Shown: positions 1-8,383 of the stretch, one piece after another
How the letters are laid out: each line of letters opens with the position of its first letter
Position numbering within the stretch: the stretch's first letter is position 1
NCBI GenBank assembly: GCA_964446835.1
Contig: CAYUQT010000007.1
Span: 9,176-73,175, forward strand
Length of the DNA: 64,000 nt
Origin: an uncultured Planctomycetales bacterium
Lineage (GTDB): Bacteria > Planctomycetota > Phycisphaerae > UBA1845 > JAFGLZ01
Direction of reading: 5' to 3'
Notes under the pieces: generated by a model
Told to the model about the DNA's origin: nothing
The model's input: the letters and a program-made list of their open reading frames with translations, nothing else
Database searches by the model: none
Position numbers and translations under genes: made by a program

Positions 1-404
1 ATGGTCATCCGCCATATCTGCATGAGGATGAAGCCGATGGAGCCATAGGTGCGGACCGACGGACCGAATCGGCCCTCAAGGTACTGGTAGCCCGAGGTGA
101 TGTTGCCTCGCCGGTAGAACGGCAGGAAGAAGTAGGAGGCGATGAGCACAACGAAGGGCAGTGTGAGATTGGGAACGAACCGCAGCCAGGCCGTCTTGAA
201 TGAGTCGGCCGGGAAGGCCAGGAAGGTTACGCAACTGATGGACGCCCCGACCATGCTGATGCCGACGATCAGGCCTTTGAAGGAACGGCCGCCGAGGAAG
301 TAGTTTTCGGTGTTCGTGCTCTTCCGGGATGCGTAGATCCCGACCGTGGCCACAACGACGAAGTAGGCTACCAGGGTCACAACATCGATGAGATGTAGAT
401 TCAT
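1..404 (-). CDS. sodium:solute symporter (SSF) family transporter, N-terminal part (gene continues beyond window start)
   Basis: Reverse-complement translation from ATG at 402-404 gives MNLHLIDVVTLVAYFVVVATVGIYASRKSTNTENYFLGGRSFKGLIVGISMVGASIS..., a typical SSF N-terminus (TM1 then the GGR motif). The frame stays open to position 1, so the ORF track did not list it. Confidence 0.7.
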   Translation of the reverse strand, partial: MNLHLIDVVTLVAYFVVVATVGIYASRKSTNTENYFLGGRSFKGLIVGISMVGASISCVTFLAFPADSFKTAWLRFVPNLTLPFVVLIASYFFLPFYRRGNITSGYQYLEGRFGPSVRTYGSIGFILMQIWRMT

Positions 405-490
405 GACACTCCGCAGAGTCGCTGCACCGCGTCATCCGTCCTGTTGCCCGGCGGCCGCCGACAGCCCCGTTTCAGGCAACGTCGTCCATC

Positions 491-1660
491 CTACGAGATC
501 GTCTGCCATGTGGCACCGGCCTCGGGGCGGGTCGTATAGACGATTGCCGGTTTCTCCCACTGTCGATCGTAGCGATCACGAATGGCTTCGGTCAGCGCCG
601 CGGCCACCCGCTCGTCGGCCAGGGCGATCGCGCAGCCTCCGAAGCCACCTCCGGTCATCCGGGCCCCGTGGACGCCCGGCACCGATCGAGCGACATCCAC
701 CAGTGCGTCCAATTCGCTGCACGAGACCTCGTAGTCGTCGCGCAGACTCACGTGCGAGTCACACATGAGTTTGCCGAAGGTGCGAACGTCACCGCCCTTG
801 AGGGCCTTGGCGGCCTGCACGGTTCGCTCGATCTCGGTCACGACGTGACGACAGCGTCGATGGACCATTTCCGGCATTCCGGCGGCGTACTTCGAGAGCA
901 TGGCCGTCGTGACATCCCGTAGGGATCGTACTGCCGGTTCGGAGGCCTGGATGAGCTTCAGACCGGCCTGGCATTGCTGTTGGCGCACGGGATACTCGCT
1001 GCGGCCGATTTCGTGTTTGACCTGTGTATCCATCACGACAAGGACGACGCCGGGCAGATCGGCCGGAATATGTTCGTAGTGCTGGGTGCGACAATCGAGC
1101 AGGAGGGCGTGTCCTTTTTGTCCGAGGACGCAGATGAACTGATCCATGATGCCGCAGGGTGAACCGGCGTATCGGTGTTCGGCCTGGCGGCAGAGCAGGG
1201 CCATGGGAACGGGGTCCATTCGTGCCCCGGAGATTGCCAGGAGGGCATGGGCGGTGCCCACTTCGAGGGCCGCCGAACTGCTGACGCCCCCCCCGAGCGG
1301 GACCTCGCTGTCGATCAGGAGATCGGCGCCGGACAGCGCGACACCGTCGCTTTGGAGCAATGCTGCGACGCCCTTGACGTAGTTGGCCCACTTGGGCTCG
1401 CCCGGGGCGATGGGCTGGTCGAGATCGAACTCCACTGTTTGCTGGTAGGCGGTGGTGTGGACGCGGATCCGCCGATCGGAACGTCGAGCCACTCCCAGAT
1501 GGAGGGCCTGGGTCATCGCGATGGGCAAGACGAACCCGTCGTTGTAATCGGTGTGCTCGCCGATCAGGTTGACGCGTCCCGGCGAGCGTACGAGGACCGA
1601 AGGCACCCCACCGGCAAATAACCTTGAGAATTTCCCTGAGAATTCTTCGATTTTGAACAC
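491..1660 (-). CDS. galK: galactokinase
   Basis: Contains the galactokinase signature RSPGRVNLIGEHTDYNDGFVLP and the GHMP kinase motif (PLGGGVSSSAALEV). The likely start is GTG at 1658-1660, preceded by GGAG (protein VFKIEEFSGKF...); the ORF-track ATG at 1774 would add about 38 non-conserved residues. Confidence 0.85.
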   Translation of the reverse strand: MFKIEEFSGKFSRLFAGGVPSVLVRSPGRVNLIGEHTDYNDGFVLPIAMTQALHLGVARRSDRRIRVHTTAYQQTVEFDLDQPIAPGEPKWANYVKGVAALLQSDGVALSGADLLIDSEVPLGGGVSSSAALEVGTAHALLAISGARMDPVPMALLCRQAEHRYAGSPCGIMDQFICVLGQKGHALLLDCRTQHYEHIPADLPGVVLVVMDTQVKHEIGRSEYPVRQQQCQAGLKLIQASEPAVRSLRDVTTAMLSKYAAGMPEMVHRRCRHVVTEIERTVQAAKALKGGDVRTFGKLMCDSHVSLRDDYEVSCSELDALVDVARSVPGVHGARMTGGGFGGCAIALADERVAAALTEAIRDRYDRQWEKPAIVYTTRPEAGATWQTIS

Positions 1661-1847
1661 CGTCACTCCCTCTGTGGCGACGCCGATGGGACAGGGTCCT
1701 CTGCGCCGGGGACCCCACCCCCGATTCGCGGCACCAATGTCCCGCGGGGAGGGGACGGTGTCAAGGCGTGCCATAACCTTGACTCAAGGCCTCCGTTCGG
1801 GTACTAATCTTCGGAATCGAGTCTGGGAACCGTAGGTCGAATCGCGG

Positions 1848-2342
1848 GTGGCGGGTATGAACCTGGTACGATATCGAACTGTGGTCGGTGTAGCGGCATT
1901 GTTCTCTCTGATCACTGTGGTCGGCTGTAATGAGCCGATGTGGAACTCCGACCAGAAGAAGCTGGTTCCACAACAACAGTTGACCAAGAGCGACATTCCG
2001 GTGCCTGAGGGCTTTGATCTGGATGAGCCTGCCTCTGAAGACCGGTCGGGTGGGGGGACGCGGCTGATCCGGTATGTGTTTTACGGCAAGGCCGACGGCC
2101 AGATGGTCCGCACCTTCTACCGTGAACAGATGCCCGTTGAAAAGTGGAATCAGACCGGCGACGAGATGCGCTCCGGTCAGTATGTGATGCAGTTTGAAAA
2201 GGGTTCGGAGGTCTGCGAGGTGACGATCTCGGGAGCCGGCCGGGGACTGATGACCAAGACCAAACTGCGCATCGAGGTGTTGCCTGGAAAGGGGCGCGCC
2301 CGATCCCCTAAGTCTACCTCTGAAGACAAGATGAGCCCATGA
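1848..2342 (+). CDS. lipoprotein of unknown function
   Basis: Signal peptide with lipobox (AALFSLITVVGC). 164 aa. The stop overlaps the start of the next gene (ATGA). Confidence 0.55.
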   Translation: MAGMNLVRYRTVVGVAALFSLITVVGCNEPMWNSDQKKLVPQQQLTKSDIPVPEGFDLDEPASEDRSGGGTRLIRYVFYGKADGQMVRTFYREQMPVEKWNQTGDEMRSGQYVMQFEKGSEVCEVTISGAGRGLMTKTKLRIEVLPGKGRARSPKSTSEDKMSP

Positions 2343-3088
2343 AAGCGGAACGCAGACAACAGCTTCGGACGAATGAACTGGCCCAGACCCTGGCAGATCT
2401 GGTTGAGTATTGTCGCAACAACAGCGGTGTGATTCTCGGGGTGGCGGCGGCGGTGGTGCTGGTGTTGTCCCTGGGTGCTTACTGGTATGCGACGCAGGTT
2501 TCGGCGCGAACCCAGGGGTGGGAGGACTTTGCCGGCAGCCAGATGGCCGGTGAGGGTGGAACAGGCGGGTTCAGCCGGGACAAGATCCGCGAAGTGGCCG
2601 TGAAGTACAAGTCTCAACCCGTGCTGGCTTCCATGGCGTGGTTGCGATATGCCGATGCCTCTGTCATGGAGTTGCGATCCGGCAGGATTCCGCCCGCAGA
2701 GGTCCAAAAAGCGTTGTCGGATGCGGTCAGCGCCTACAACTCTGTCTTGAACCACTATCCCGAGCAGACGATCTCGGTGGCAGGAGCGAGGTTCGGCCTG
2801 GCCAACCTGGCGGAGATGCAAGGGAGATTTGGGGAAGCCAAGACTCAGTATGAGGCGGTTGTGAGCGACAGCCGTTTTGCGGAAATGCCTTACAAATCGC
2901 TAGCGGTCGAGGCGATCAATCGCCTTGCCGTCATCAGCCAGCCGGTTGTTTTTGTGGATACTCCGACGACCGAACCGTCGAGTCGCCCCGTGGCTCTGTC
3001 CCCCGTGTCACGGCCAGCAGTATCCTCGGCGCCGGCCGGGGTTGGCGGAACGACACGAGCGGCCGCTGTTCCGAATGCCGGCAAGTAG
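2339..3088 (+). CDS. membrane-anchored TPR-like/YfgM-like protein
   Basis: Single N-terminal TM (ILGVAAAVVLVLSLGAYWY) followed by a helical repeat region and a Pro/Ser/Ala-rich C-terminus. Translationally coupled to the upstream lipoprotein gene. Confidence 0.5.
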   Translation: MKAERRQQLRTNELAQTLADLVEYCRNNSGVILGVAAAVVLVLSLGAYWYATQVSARTQGWEDFAGSQMAGEGGTGGFSRDKIREVAVKYKSQPVLASMAWLRYADASVMELRSGRIPPAEVQKALSDAVSAYNSVLNHYPEQTISVAGARFGLANLAEMQGRFGEAKTQYEAVVSDSRFAEMPYKSLAVEAINRLAVISQPVVFVDTPTTEPSSRPVALSPVSRPAVSSAPAGVGGTTRAAAVPNAGK

Positions 3089-3096
3089 GTTTAGTG

Positions 3097-3122
3097 CTGG
3101 GGGCAGCCCCCCAGGGTTTTTG
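3097..3122 (+). terminator. rho-independent terminator
   Basis: CTGGGGG-cagc-CCCCCAG, a 7-bp GC stem followed by GGTTTTTG, 9 nt after the TAG stop at 3086-3088. Confidence 0.6.
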
Positions 3123-3209
3123 GGATTTGTCATTGATCTGAGCTGTGGGCGATGCTAGATTCTTCGCCTGTTTGAGCGAATTCCTCAATAGACTAAGGAG
3201 ACCGGACTC

Positions 3210-3848
3210 ATGGCAGACTTGAAGGCGATCGCGGAGGCCGTAATCAACGGCAACCGTAATATGCCCAAGACCGCGCTGCAACTGACCGAAGAGGCGTTGG
3301 CTCAGGGCCTCAGCCCGAAGGCTATCTTCGAAGACGGTTTGATGGCAGGTATGGGTGTTGTCATTGAGCGTTTCAAGAAGAACGAGGTCTTTATCCCCGA
3401 GGTGCTCATCTCGGCCCGCGCCTTCGGACCGGCGATGGAGAAGCTGAAGCCGTTGCTCCTGGCCGCCGGCGAGAAGCCCGCAGGCAAGGTGGTCATCGGT
3501 ACGGTCAAGGGTGACCTGCACGACATCGGCAAGAATCTGGTCAGCCTGACGCTGAAGGGGCAAGGCTTCGACATTGAGGATCTGGGCACGGACGTAGCGG
3601 CCGACGTGTTTGTGAAGAAGGCTCAGGCGGCCGGTGCCGATGTGATCGCCATGAGTGCCCTGCTGACCACGACCATGCCGCAGATGAAGAGCGTGATCGC
3701 GGCGGTGAAGCAGGCCGGCCTGAAGACCAAGACCATGATCGGCGGCGCCCCTGTCACCCAGGACTATGCCAACGAGATCGGTGCCGACGGGTATGCACCG
3801 GACGCGGCGACGGCCGTTGATGTGGCCAAGAAGCTGGTCAAAGGCTGA
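3210..3848 (+). CDS. cobalamin (B12)-binding corrinoid protein (methyltransferase cognate corrinoid protein, MtbC/MtaC-like)
   Basis: N-terminal B12-binding-2 helical cap and a Rossmann-like B12-binding domain with the DxHxxG motif (GTVKGDLHDIGKN). Strong RBS TAAGGAG upstream. Confidence 0.8.
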   Translation: MADLKAIAEAVINGNRNMPKTALQLTEEALAQGLSPKAIFEDGLMAGMGVVIERFKKNEVFIPEVLISARAFGPAMEKLKPLLLAAGEKPAGKVVIGTVKGDLHDIGKNLVSLTLKGQGFDIEDLGTDVAADVFVKKAQAAGADVIAMSALLTTTMPQMKSVIAAVKQAGLKTKTMIGGAPVTQDYANEIGADGYAPDAATAVDVAKKLVKG

Positions 3849-3887
3849 GAGGCTGCTCAGACGTGCGATGATGGGTTGTGTGATCAG

Positions 3888-3920
3888 ACGGGTCCCGTCT
3901 CAACGGGACCCGTTCTTTTT
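3888..3920 (+). terminator. rho-independent terminator
   Basis: ACGGGTCCCGT-ctca-ACGGGACCCGT, an 11-bp stem followed by TCTTTTT, 40 nt after the corrinoid protein stop. Confidence 0.65.
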
Positions 3921-3976
3921 GCAGTGAGAGGGGTCGGTTGCTGTAGAATTCGGAGAGGGATTGTGAAGCGGGACTG

Positions 3977-5011
3977 ATGGCGGACGAAAACGAAGACATC
4001 CTGGAACGTCCGGTGGCAATTGAGGACGAAGAGGTCCAGTATGTCACGCTGCGCATCCGTCGCCGTCTGCCCGGGCGAAGGATCGACAAGTACCTGCACG
4101 GTCGGTTCATCCGGATGTCGCGGACGCTGATACAGCGACTGATCAAGCAGGGTGCCATTACTGTCAACGACAAGCCGACCAAACCCAGCTACGAGTTGAT
4201 GCCCGGCGACGTGGTGCGTGTTGTCATTCCTCCTCCGGAACCGAACGAGATCATTGCGGAACCGATTCCGCTGAGCATCGTGTACGAAGACCGTGAGATG
4301 ATCGCCGTCAACAAGCAGACGGGGTTGATCTGTCACCCGGCTCGGGCAACGCAGACGGGGACGCTGGCGAACGGGCTGGCGTACTACGCCGAAAGCCTCA
4401 GCCACGGTGAAGACCCATTCCGCCCGGGGATCGTGCATCGACTCGACAAGAACACGACCGGGATTATGTTAGTGGCTAAGACGGACGAGGCGCACTGGCG
4501 TTTGGCGCTTCAGTTCGAGCGGCGGTCGCTCCAGAAGGAATACTGGGCGATTGTTGAGGGTCGGCTGCAACTTGATTCGGACATTATCAATGCTTCGATC
4601 GCTCGTCACCCCCGGATCAAGGATAAGTACGTTGTCTCGGGCCTTCGGACAGAATCGGGGATCGGCCAGGAGGCCATCACGCGATACGAAGTCTGCGAGC
4701 GATTCGCGGGTTTCACGTTCGTAAGGCTTTTTCCCAAGACAGGCAGGACTCACCAGCTTCGCGTACACATGAGCCACCTGGGACACCCGATGCTCGGCGA
4801 CGCGATGTACGGAGGCCACTTGGTGTCCCATTCGCAACTCACGGGCCGCCCTGAGGATACGAGCACGCCTGTCATTGCTCGGCAGGCCCTACACGCCCGG
4901 CGCATCACGTTTCTTCATCCGATCCGCGAGCAAGAAATGACTTTGGAGGCGCCGTTGCCCGCAGATTTTTCTCAGACGCTCGATCTTTTGCGTCAACATC
5001 GACAGATCTGA
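3977..5011 (+). CDS. RluA/RluD-family 23S rRNA pseudouridine synthase
   Basis: S4 RNA-binding domain followed by a pseudouridine synthase core with the catalytic motif GIVHRLDKNTTG and the HQLRVH motif. Confidence 0.85.
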   Translation: MADENEDILERPVAIEDEEVQYVTLRIRRRLPGRRIDKYLHGRFIRMSRTLIQRLIKQGAITVNDKPTKPSYELMPGDVVRVVIPPPEPNEIIAEPIPLSIVYEDREMIAVNKQTGLICHPARATQTGTLANGLAYYAESLSHGEDPFRPGIVHRLDKNTTGIMLVAKTDEAHWRLALQFERRSLQKEYWAIVEGRLQLDSDIINASIARHPRIKDKYVVSGLRTESGIGQEAITRYEVCERFAGFTFVRLFPKTGRTHQLRVHMSHLGHPMLGDAMYGGHLVSHSQLTGRPEDTSTPVIARQALHARRITFLHPIREQEMTLEAPLPADFSQTLDLLRQHRQI

Positions 5012-5074
5012 CAGCTCGTTAGGGAAGATATTACAGGAACACTATCATGGGCACTCGGTTCAAAAGGCGGTATC

Positions 5075-7294
5075 ATGAGCCTTTTAAGCCAGAAAACATC
5101 GCCAGAAGGGTTCAAGTCACCCGCACACCTGTCAAAGGGTAATCGCCTTAGTCGTTGCCTCGTAAGTCGATCGGTTTTTCCAGCACATTGGTCTCGTTCT
5201 GTGCCGACAGCGACCGGGACGCTGAAGGCCCCCTATCTTCGGGCACCTGGGGTGGAGCGACCGCTGTATCCCTTGATGCCGTTGGACCGTCTTGTGGGCG
5301 GTTTTGAGAGGCCTTTGCAGTGGGACCCTTCAGTTTTCTCCGTTGACTGCCTCCCGGTTGACCGAAATAATCTAACAGGAAGTGGCCGTGTCGCCGGGGA
5401 TTCCGGCGCTACTGTATCGGCCGATGTCTTCAGGGGCGGCCTTGAGGTCGTCTCTGAGAATCGTTGTGAGGAGCGGGTTGAGTCCCCAGGGACAGGGGTC
5501 TGCTCCTGCGGGTCTGACGTCCGTTCCGAGGGGGAAGGGGCACCGACTTGTGGGGTGTGGGTGGCCCCATCCGGTCAGGTTCCGCTCTTTTCGGCGGAGG
5601 CGTTGGACGTGGCGCGATATACACTGGAGATGATCGAACAACTGGCCAGGCAGTTGTTCATGTCTCCCCCGAGGCTTCGTATCCAGCAGATCGAGGGTGC
5701 GGAGTATCTCGTCAACATCATTGAGCCTTCGCGAGCTTATCCCTACGAACTCATCGTCTTTCACATTACGCGTTACCGTGCGGCGAATCCGGCGGGTGGT
5801 GACGAGCTCCTCCCCGGCGACTGTCTGATCGGCGACCTTGTCCAACTGATCGAGGAACTGAGCGGATCGGCGGATCTTCGCATCAACCAGATGGGACAGA
5901 TGTGCTGGTCGATCGAGCAGCTTTGCCGCCGATTCAGCATCTCGCCGAAGACGATCAAGCGTTGGCACCGCAAGGGACTGGTTTCCTATCGCGCCCTCGA
6001 CGACGAGGGGCGTCGGCGAAAGGTGTTCCCCGAGCGGGCCCTGCGTCGGTTCATCGGCAAGAACGAGCGTCTGGTCAAGCGGGCGTCTGCGTTTACGAAG
6101 CTGACGGATCAGGAGCGGGAATCGATCGTTTCGACGGCCCGCGCCATGGTTCAGCAGGGCGCAACGAAGGTCAGCGATGTTTCCGAGCGAATCGGCCGGC
6201 AGATGGGGCGTTCGGCCGAGACGGTTCGCTACGTTCTCCGTCGATACGAGGAACACCATCCGGACGAGCGGATCTTCGGGGTTCAGGTCCAGCCACTGGC
6301 CGATGACGATCAGGTTGCCATCTACCGGGGATACCGTGAAGGCGAGCACGTCGCCTCTCTGGCCGAGAGATTCGGGCGGACGCCATCGAGCATCTACCGC
6401 ATCGTTTCGGACATGAGGGCGAAGGACCTGCTCGATCGCTCCATCGAGTATATTCCGAGCGATGATTTTGAGGCGGCCGACGCGGATCAGATGATTCTGG
6501 GGGAGGCGTCGAGCGAGATACCGGCCCGTTCGAGTGCTTCGAACCGCACGTCGCCCCGCGACGACGCCCCGGTCTATCTGCGTGACCTCTATCGGCTGCC
6601 CCTGTTGGCCGACGACGAGGAGTCGCGGCTCTTTCGGCGATACAACTACCTCAAGTACAAGGCGTCAAAGCGTGTGGCCACCATCGATCGCGATCGGCCT
6701 CGCAGCGCCGATCTGGACGAAGTGGAAGGTCTTCTGTCACAGGCCGAGGGGATCAAGAATCGGCTCATCCAGGCCAATCTGCGTCTGGTCGTCAGCATTG
6801 CCAAGCGTCACGTTCGTCGCGGCGAAGACCTGTTCACTGTGATCAGCGACGGAAACCTTTCTCTGATGAAGGCCGTCGAGAAGTTCGACTATACGCGAGG
6901 CAACAAGTTCAGCACCTACGCCTCATGGGCGATCATCAAGAACTACGCCCGCACGGTTCCGGAAGAACGCTACCAACTCACCCGCTATCAGACGGGGCAC
7001 GAGGATCAGCTTTCGATCGAGCCCGACCCTGTCGATCGCGTGTCGGCCATGGATCGCAGCATGGAGGGCGTCCGCGAGGCGCTGGACCATGTTCTCGCGA
7101 CGCTGCCCGCACGAGAGCGGAGCATCGTCACGCAGCACTACGGGCTGACCCCCGACGGCAAGGCCCATACCCTCGAGCAGATTGGCGAGTGGCTGGGTGT
7201 CTCGAAAGAGCGGGCGCGGCAGATCGAGCGCCGTGCCCTCAAGAGGCTGCGTGAGGCGTTAAGCCCCTCCATACTGGATGCGATTCTCACCTGA
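5075..7294 (+). CDS. RNA polymerase sigma-70 family factor (RpoD/group-1-like) with roughly 490-aa N-terminal extension
   Basis: The C-terminal 240 aa carry region 1.2 (APVYLRDLYRLPLL), region 2 (LIQANLRLVVSIAKRH...GNLSLMKAVEKFDYTRGNKFSTYASWAIIK), region 3 and region 4.2 (TLEQIGEWLGVSKERARQIERRALKRL). The true start is unclear; the ORF opens at 5075 but the first about 180 codons are of low coding quality. Confidence 0.8.
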   Translation: MSLLSQKTSPEGFKSPAHLSKGNRLSRCLVSRSVFPAHWSRSVPTATGTLKAPYLRAPGVERPLYPLMPLDRLVGGFERPLQWDPSVFSVDCLPVDRNNLTGSGRVAGDSGATVSADVFRGGLEVVSENRCEERVESPGTGVCSCGSDVRSEGEGAPTCGVWVAPSGQVPLFSAEALDVARYTLEMIEQLARQLFMSPPRLRIQQIEGAEYLVNIIEPSRAYPYELIVFHITRYRAANPAGGDELLPGDCLIGDLVQLIEELSGSADLRINQMGQMCWSIEQLCRRFSISPKTIKRWHRKGLVSYRALDDEGRRRKVFPERALRRFIGKNERLVKRASAFTKLTDQERESIVSTARAMVQQGATKVSDVSERIGRQMGRSAETVRYVLRRYEEHHPDERIFGVQVQPLADDDQVAIYRGYREGEHVASLAERFGRTPSSIYRIVSDMRAKDLLDRSIEYIPSDDFEAADADQMILGEASSEIPARSSASNRTSPRDDAPVYLRDLYRLPLLADDEESRLFRRYNYLKYKASKRVATIDRDRPRSADLDEVEGLLSQAEGIKNRLIQANLRLVVSIAKRHVRRGEDLFTVISDGNLSLMKAVEKFDYTRGNKFSTYASWAIIKNYARTVPEERYQLTRYQTGHEDQLSIEPDPVDRVSAMDRSMEGVREALDHVLATLPARERSIVTQHYGLTPDGKAHTLEQIGEWLGVSKERARQIERRALKRLREALSPSILDAILT

Positions 7295-7373
7295 GGATAC
7301 ACGGGGAACCTGGCTCTGCCCCCCCTGAATTCCGCCCGGATGTTTTCCCGAAAGCATCAAGGATCTGACGGAG

Positions 7374-7401
7374 ACATTTCCTTTGCAGTGATCCCGGGGA
7401 G
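7374..7401 (+). promoter_or_regulatory. sigma-70-like promoter (TTGCAG-N16-TATAAT)
   Basis: Near-consensus -35/-10 pair with a 16-nt spacer, 55 nt upstream of the DUF1080 gene start. Confidence 0.4.
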
Positions 7402-7456
7402 CACTATAATCGCCAGTCACGCGCCGGTCTTACACCGTCCCAGCGTCGACCCCCGG

Positions 7457-8251
7457 ATGAGGCCCTCGCAACATTATGGGAGGGGTGACCGACCCAAGAG
7501 GAGAACACCCTTGTCATCTCTGAGAGCTGTACTGTTTGTGGCAGGTATGTCGTTGTCGGCCGTGATCATCTCGGCGGTGGACGTCGCCCAGGCTGAAGAG
7601 GGCTGTCCTTCACAATGTGCGGGCTGTCCCCTGTCTCGCCCCGGCACTCCCCCGAAGGGTGCGATCATTCTGTTTGACGGCAAGGACACGTCCAAGTTGG
7701 GGGGGATGGACGGGAAGCCCTTCCCCTGGAAGATCGTTGACGGTGCCATTGAGATCGTGCCGGGCACCGGTGAACTCGTCACGAAGGAGAAGCACGGAAG
7801 TTGCCGGCTGTACATGGAATTCCGCGTGCCCACGCCGTCGGAAGCACACTGGGAACAGCGTGGCAACAGCGGAGTCTACCTCCAGGGGCGCTACGAGATT
7901 CAGATCATCGACAGCTACGGCAAGGACCCGGAATCGCACCAGTGCGGGGCCCTGTATAGCATTGCCGCCCCCAGCAAGAACGTCTGCAAGAAGCCGGGTG
8001 AGTGGCAGAGCTTCGACATCACGTTTCATGCCCCGAAGTTCGACGCCCAGGGCAAGATGACCGCCAAGGCTCGACTGACGCTCGTTCACAACGGCGTCAA
8101 GACGCTCGACAACGTCGCGTTCGACCACGTCACGCCGGGGCCCTTCGACGAGAACCTTGCCCAGCCCGGAGTCGTTCGCATTCAGAACTACAACGGCGCC
8201 CCCGTCAGGTTCCGCAATATGTGGCTGCTGCCGCTGAAAGATGGCGATTAG
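7457..8251 (+). CDS. secreted DUF1080 (LamG-like, 3-keto-disaccharide hydrolase family) protein
   Basis: Signal peptide (LRAVLFVAGMSLSAVIISAVDVAQA) followed by a DUF1080-type concanavalin-like domain (YMEFRVP...GNSGVYLQGRYEIQIID). The start is ATG at 7457, or alternatively TTG at 7511 directly after AGGAGA. The ORF-track start at 7340 lies inside the promoter. Confidence 0.75.
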   Translation: MRPSQHYGRGDRPKRRTPLSSLRAVLFVAGMSLSAVIISAVDVAQAEEGCPSQCAGCPLSRPGTPPKGAIILFDGKDTSKLGGMDGKPFPWKIVDGAIEIVPGTGELVTKEKHGSCRLYMEFRVPTPSEAHWEQRGNSGVYLQGRYEIQIIDSYGKDPESHQCGALYSIAAPSKNVCKKPGEWQSFDITFHAPKFDAQGKMTAKARLTLVHNGVKTLDNVAFDHVTPGPFDENLAQPGVVRIQNYNGAPVRFRNMWLLPLKDGD

Positions 8252-8312
8252 CAGGCCGCTCGGCCTGAGCCGTTGGATGCCAGATCCGGCTGACTCGATT
8301 TCGCTTGTGCCG

Positions 8313-8359
8313 ATGCCCCGAATGAACGATGTCCCATTGCGACCGTTCATTCGGGGCAT
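8313..8359. repeat. 16-bp perfect inverted repeat (stem-loop)
   Basis: ATGCCCCGAATGAACG ... CGTTCATTCGGGGCAT with a 15-nt loop, between the DUF1080 gene and the next CDS. There is no clean U-tract. Confidence 0.5.
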
Positions 8360-8383
8360 TCATTTGACCGGAGGACTGCCATC

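Noticed and set aside
789-1718. 309-aa minus-strand ORF in an alternative frame of galK
   Set aside because: Arg/Pro/Gly-rich frame-shifted read of the galK region. The galK frame has the diagnostic galactokinase signature.
3089-3209. Possible cobalamin riboswitch upstream of the corrinoid protein gene
   Set aside because: The intergenic region is only about 120 nt and is occupied by a terminator hairpin plus promoter and RBS. That is too short for a B12 riboswitch aptamer and expression platform, and no B12-box-like conserved core is visible.
5372-6349. 325-aa minus-strand ORF inside the sigma-factor gene
   Set aside because: Antisense artefact. The plus-strand frame carries recognisable HTH repeats and continues into canonical sigma regions.
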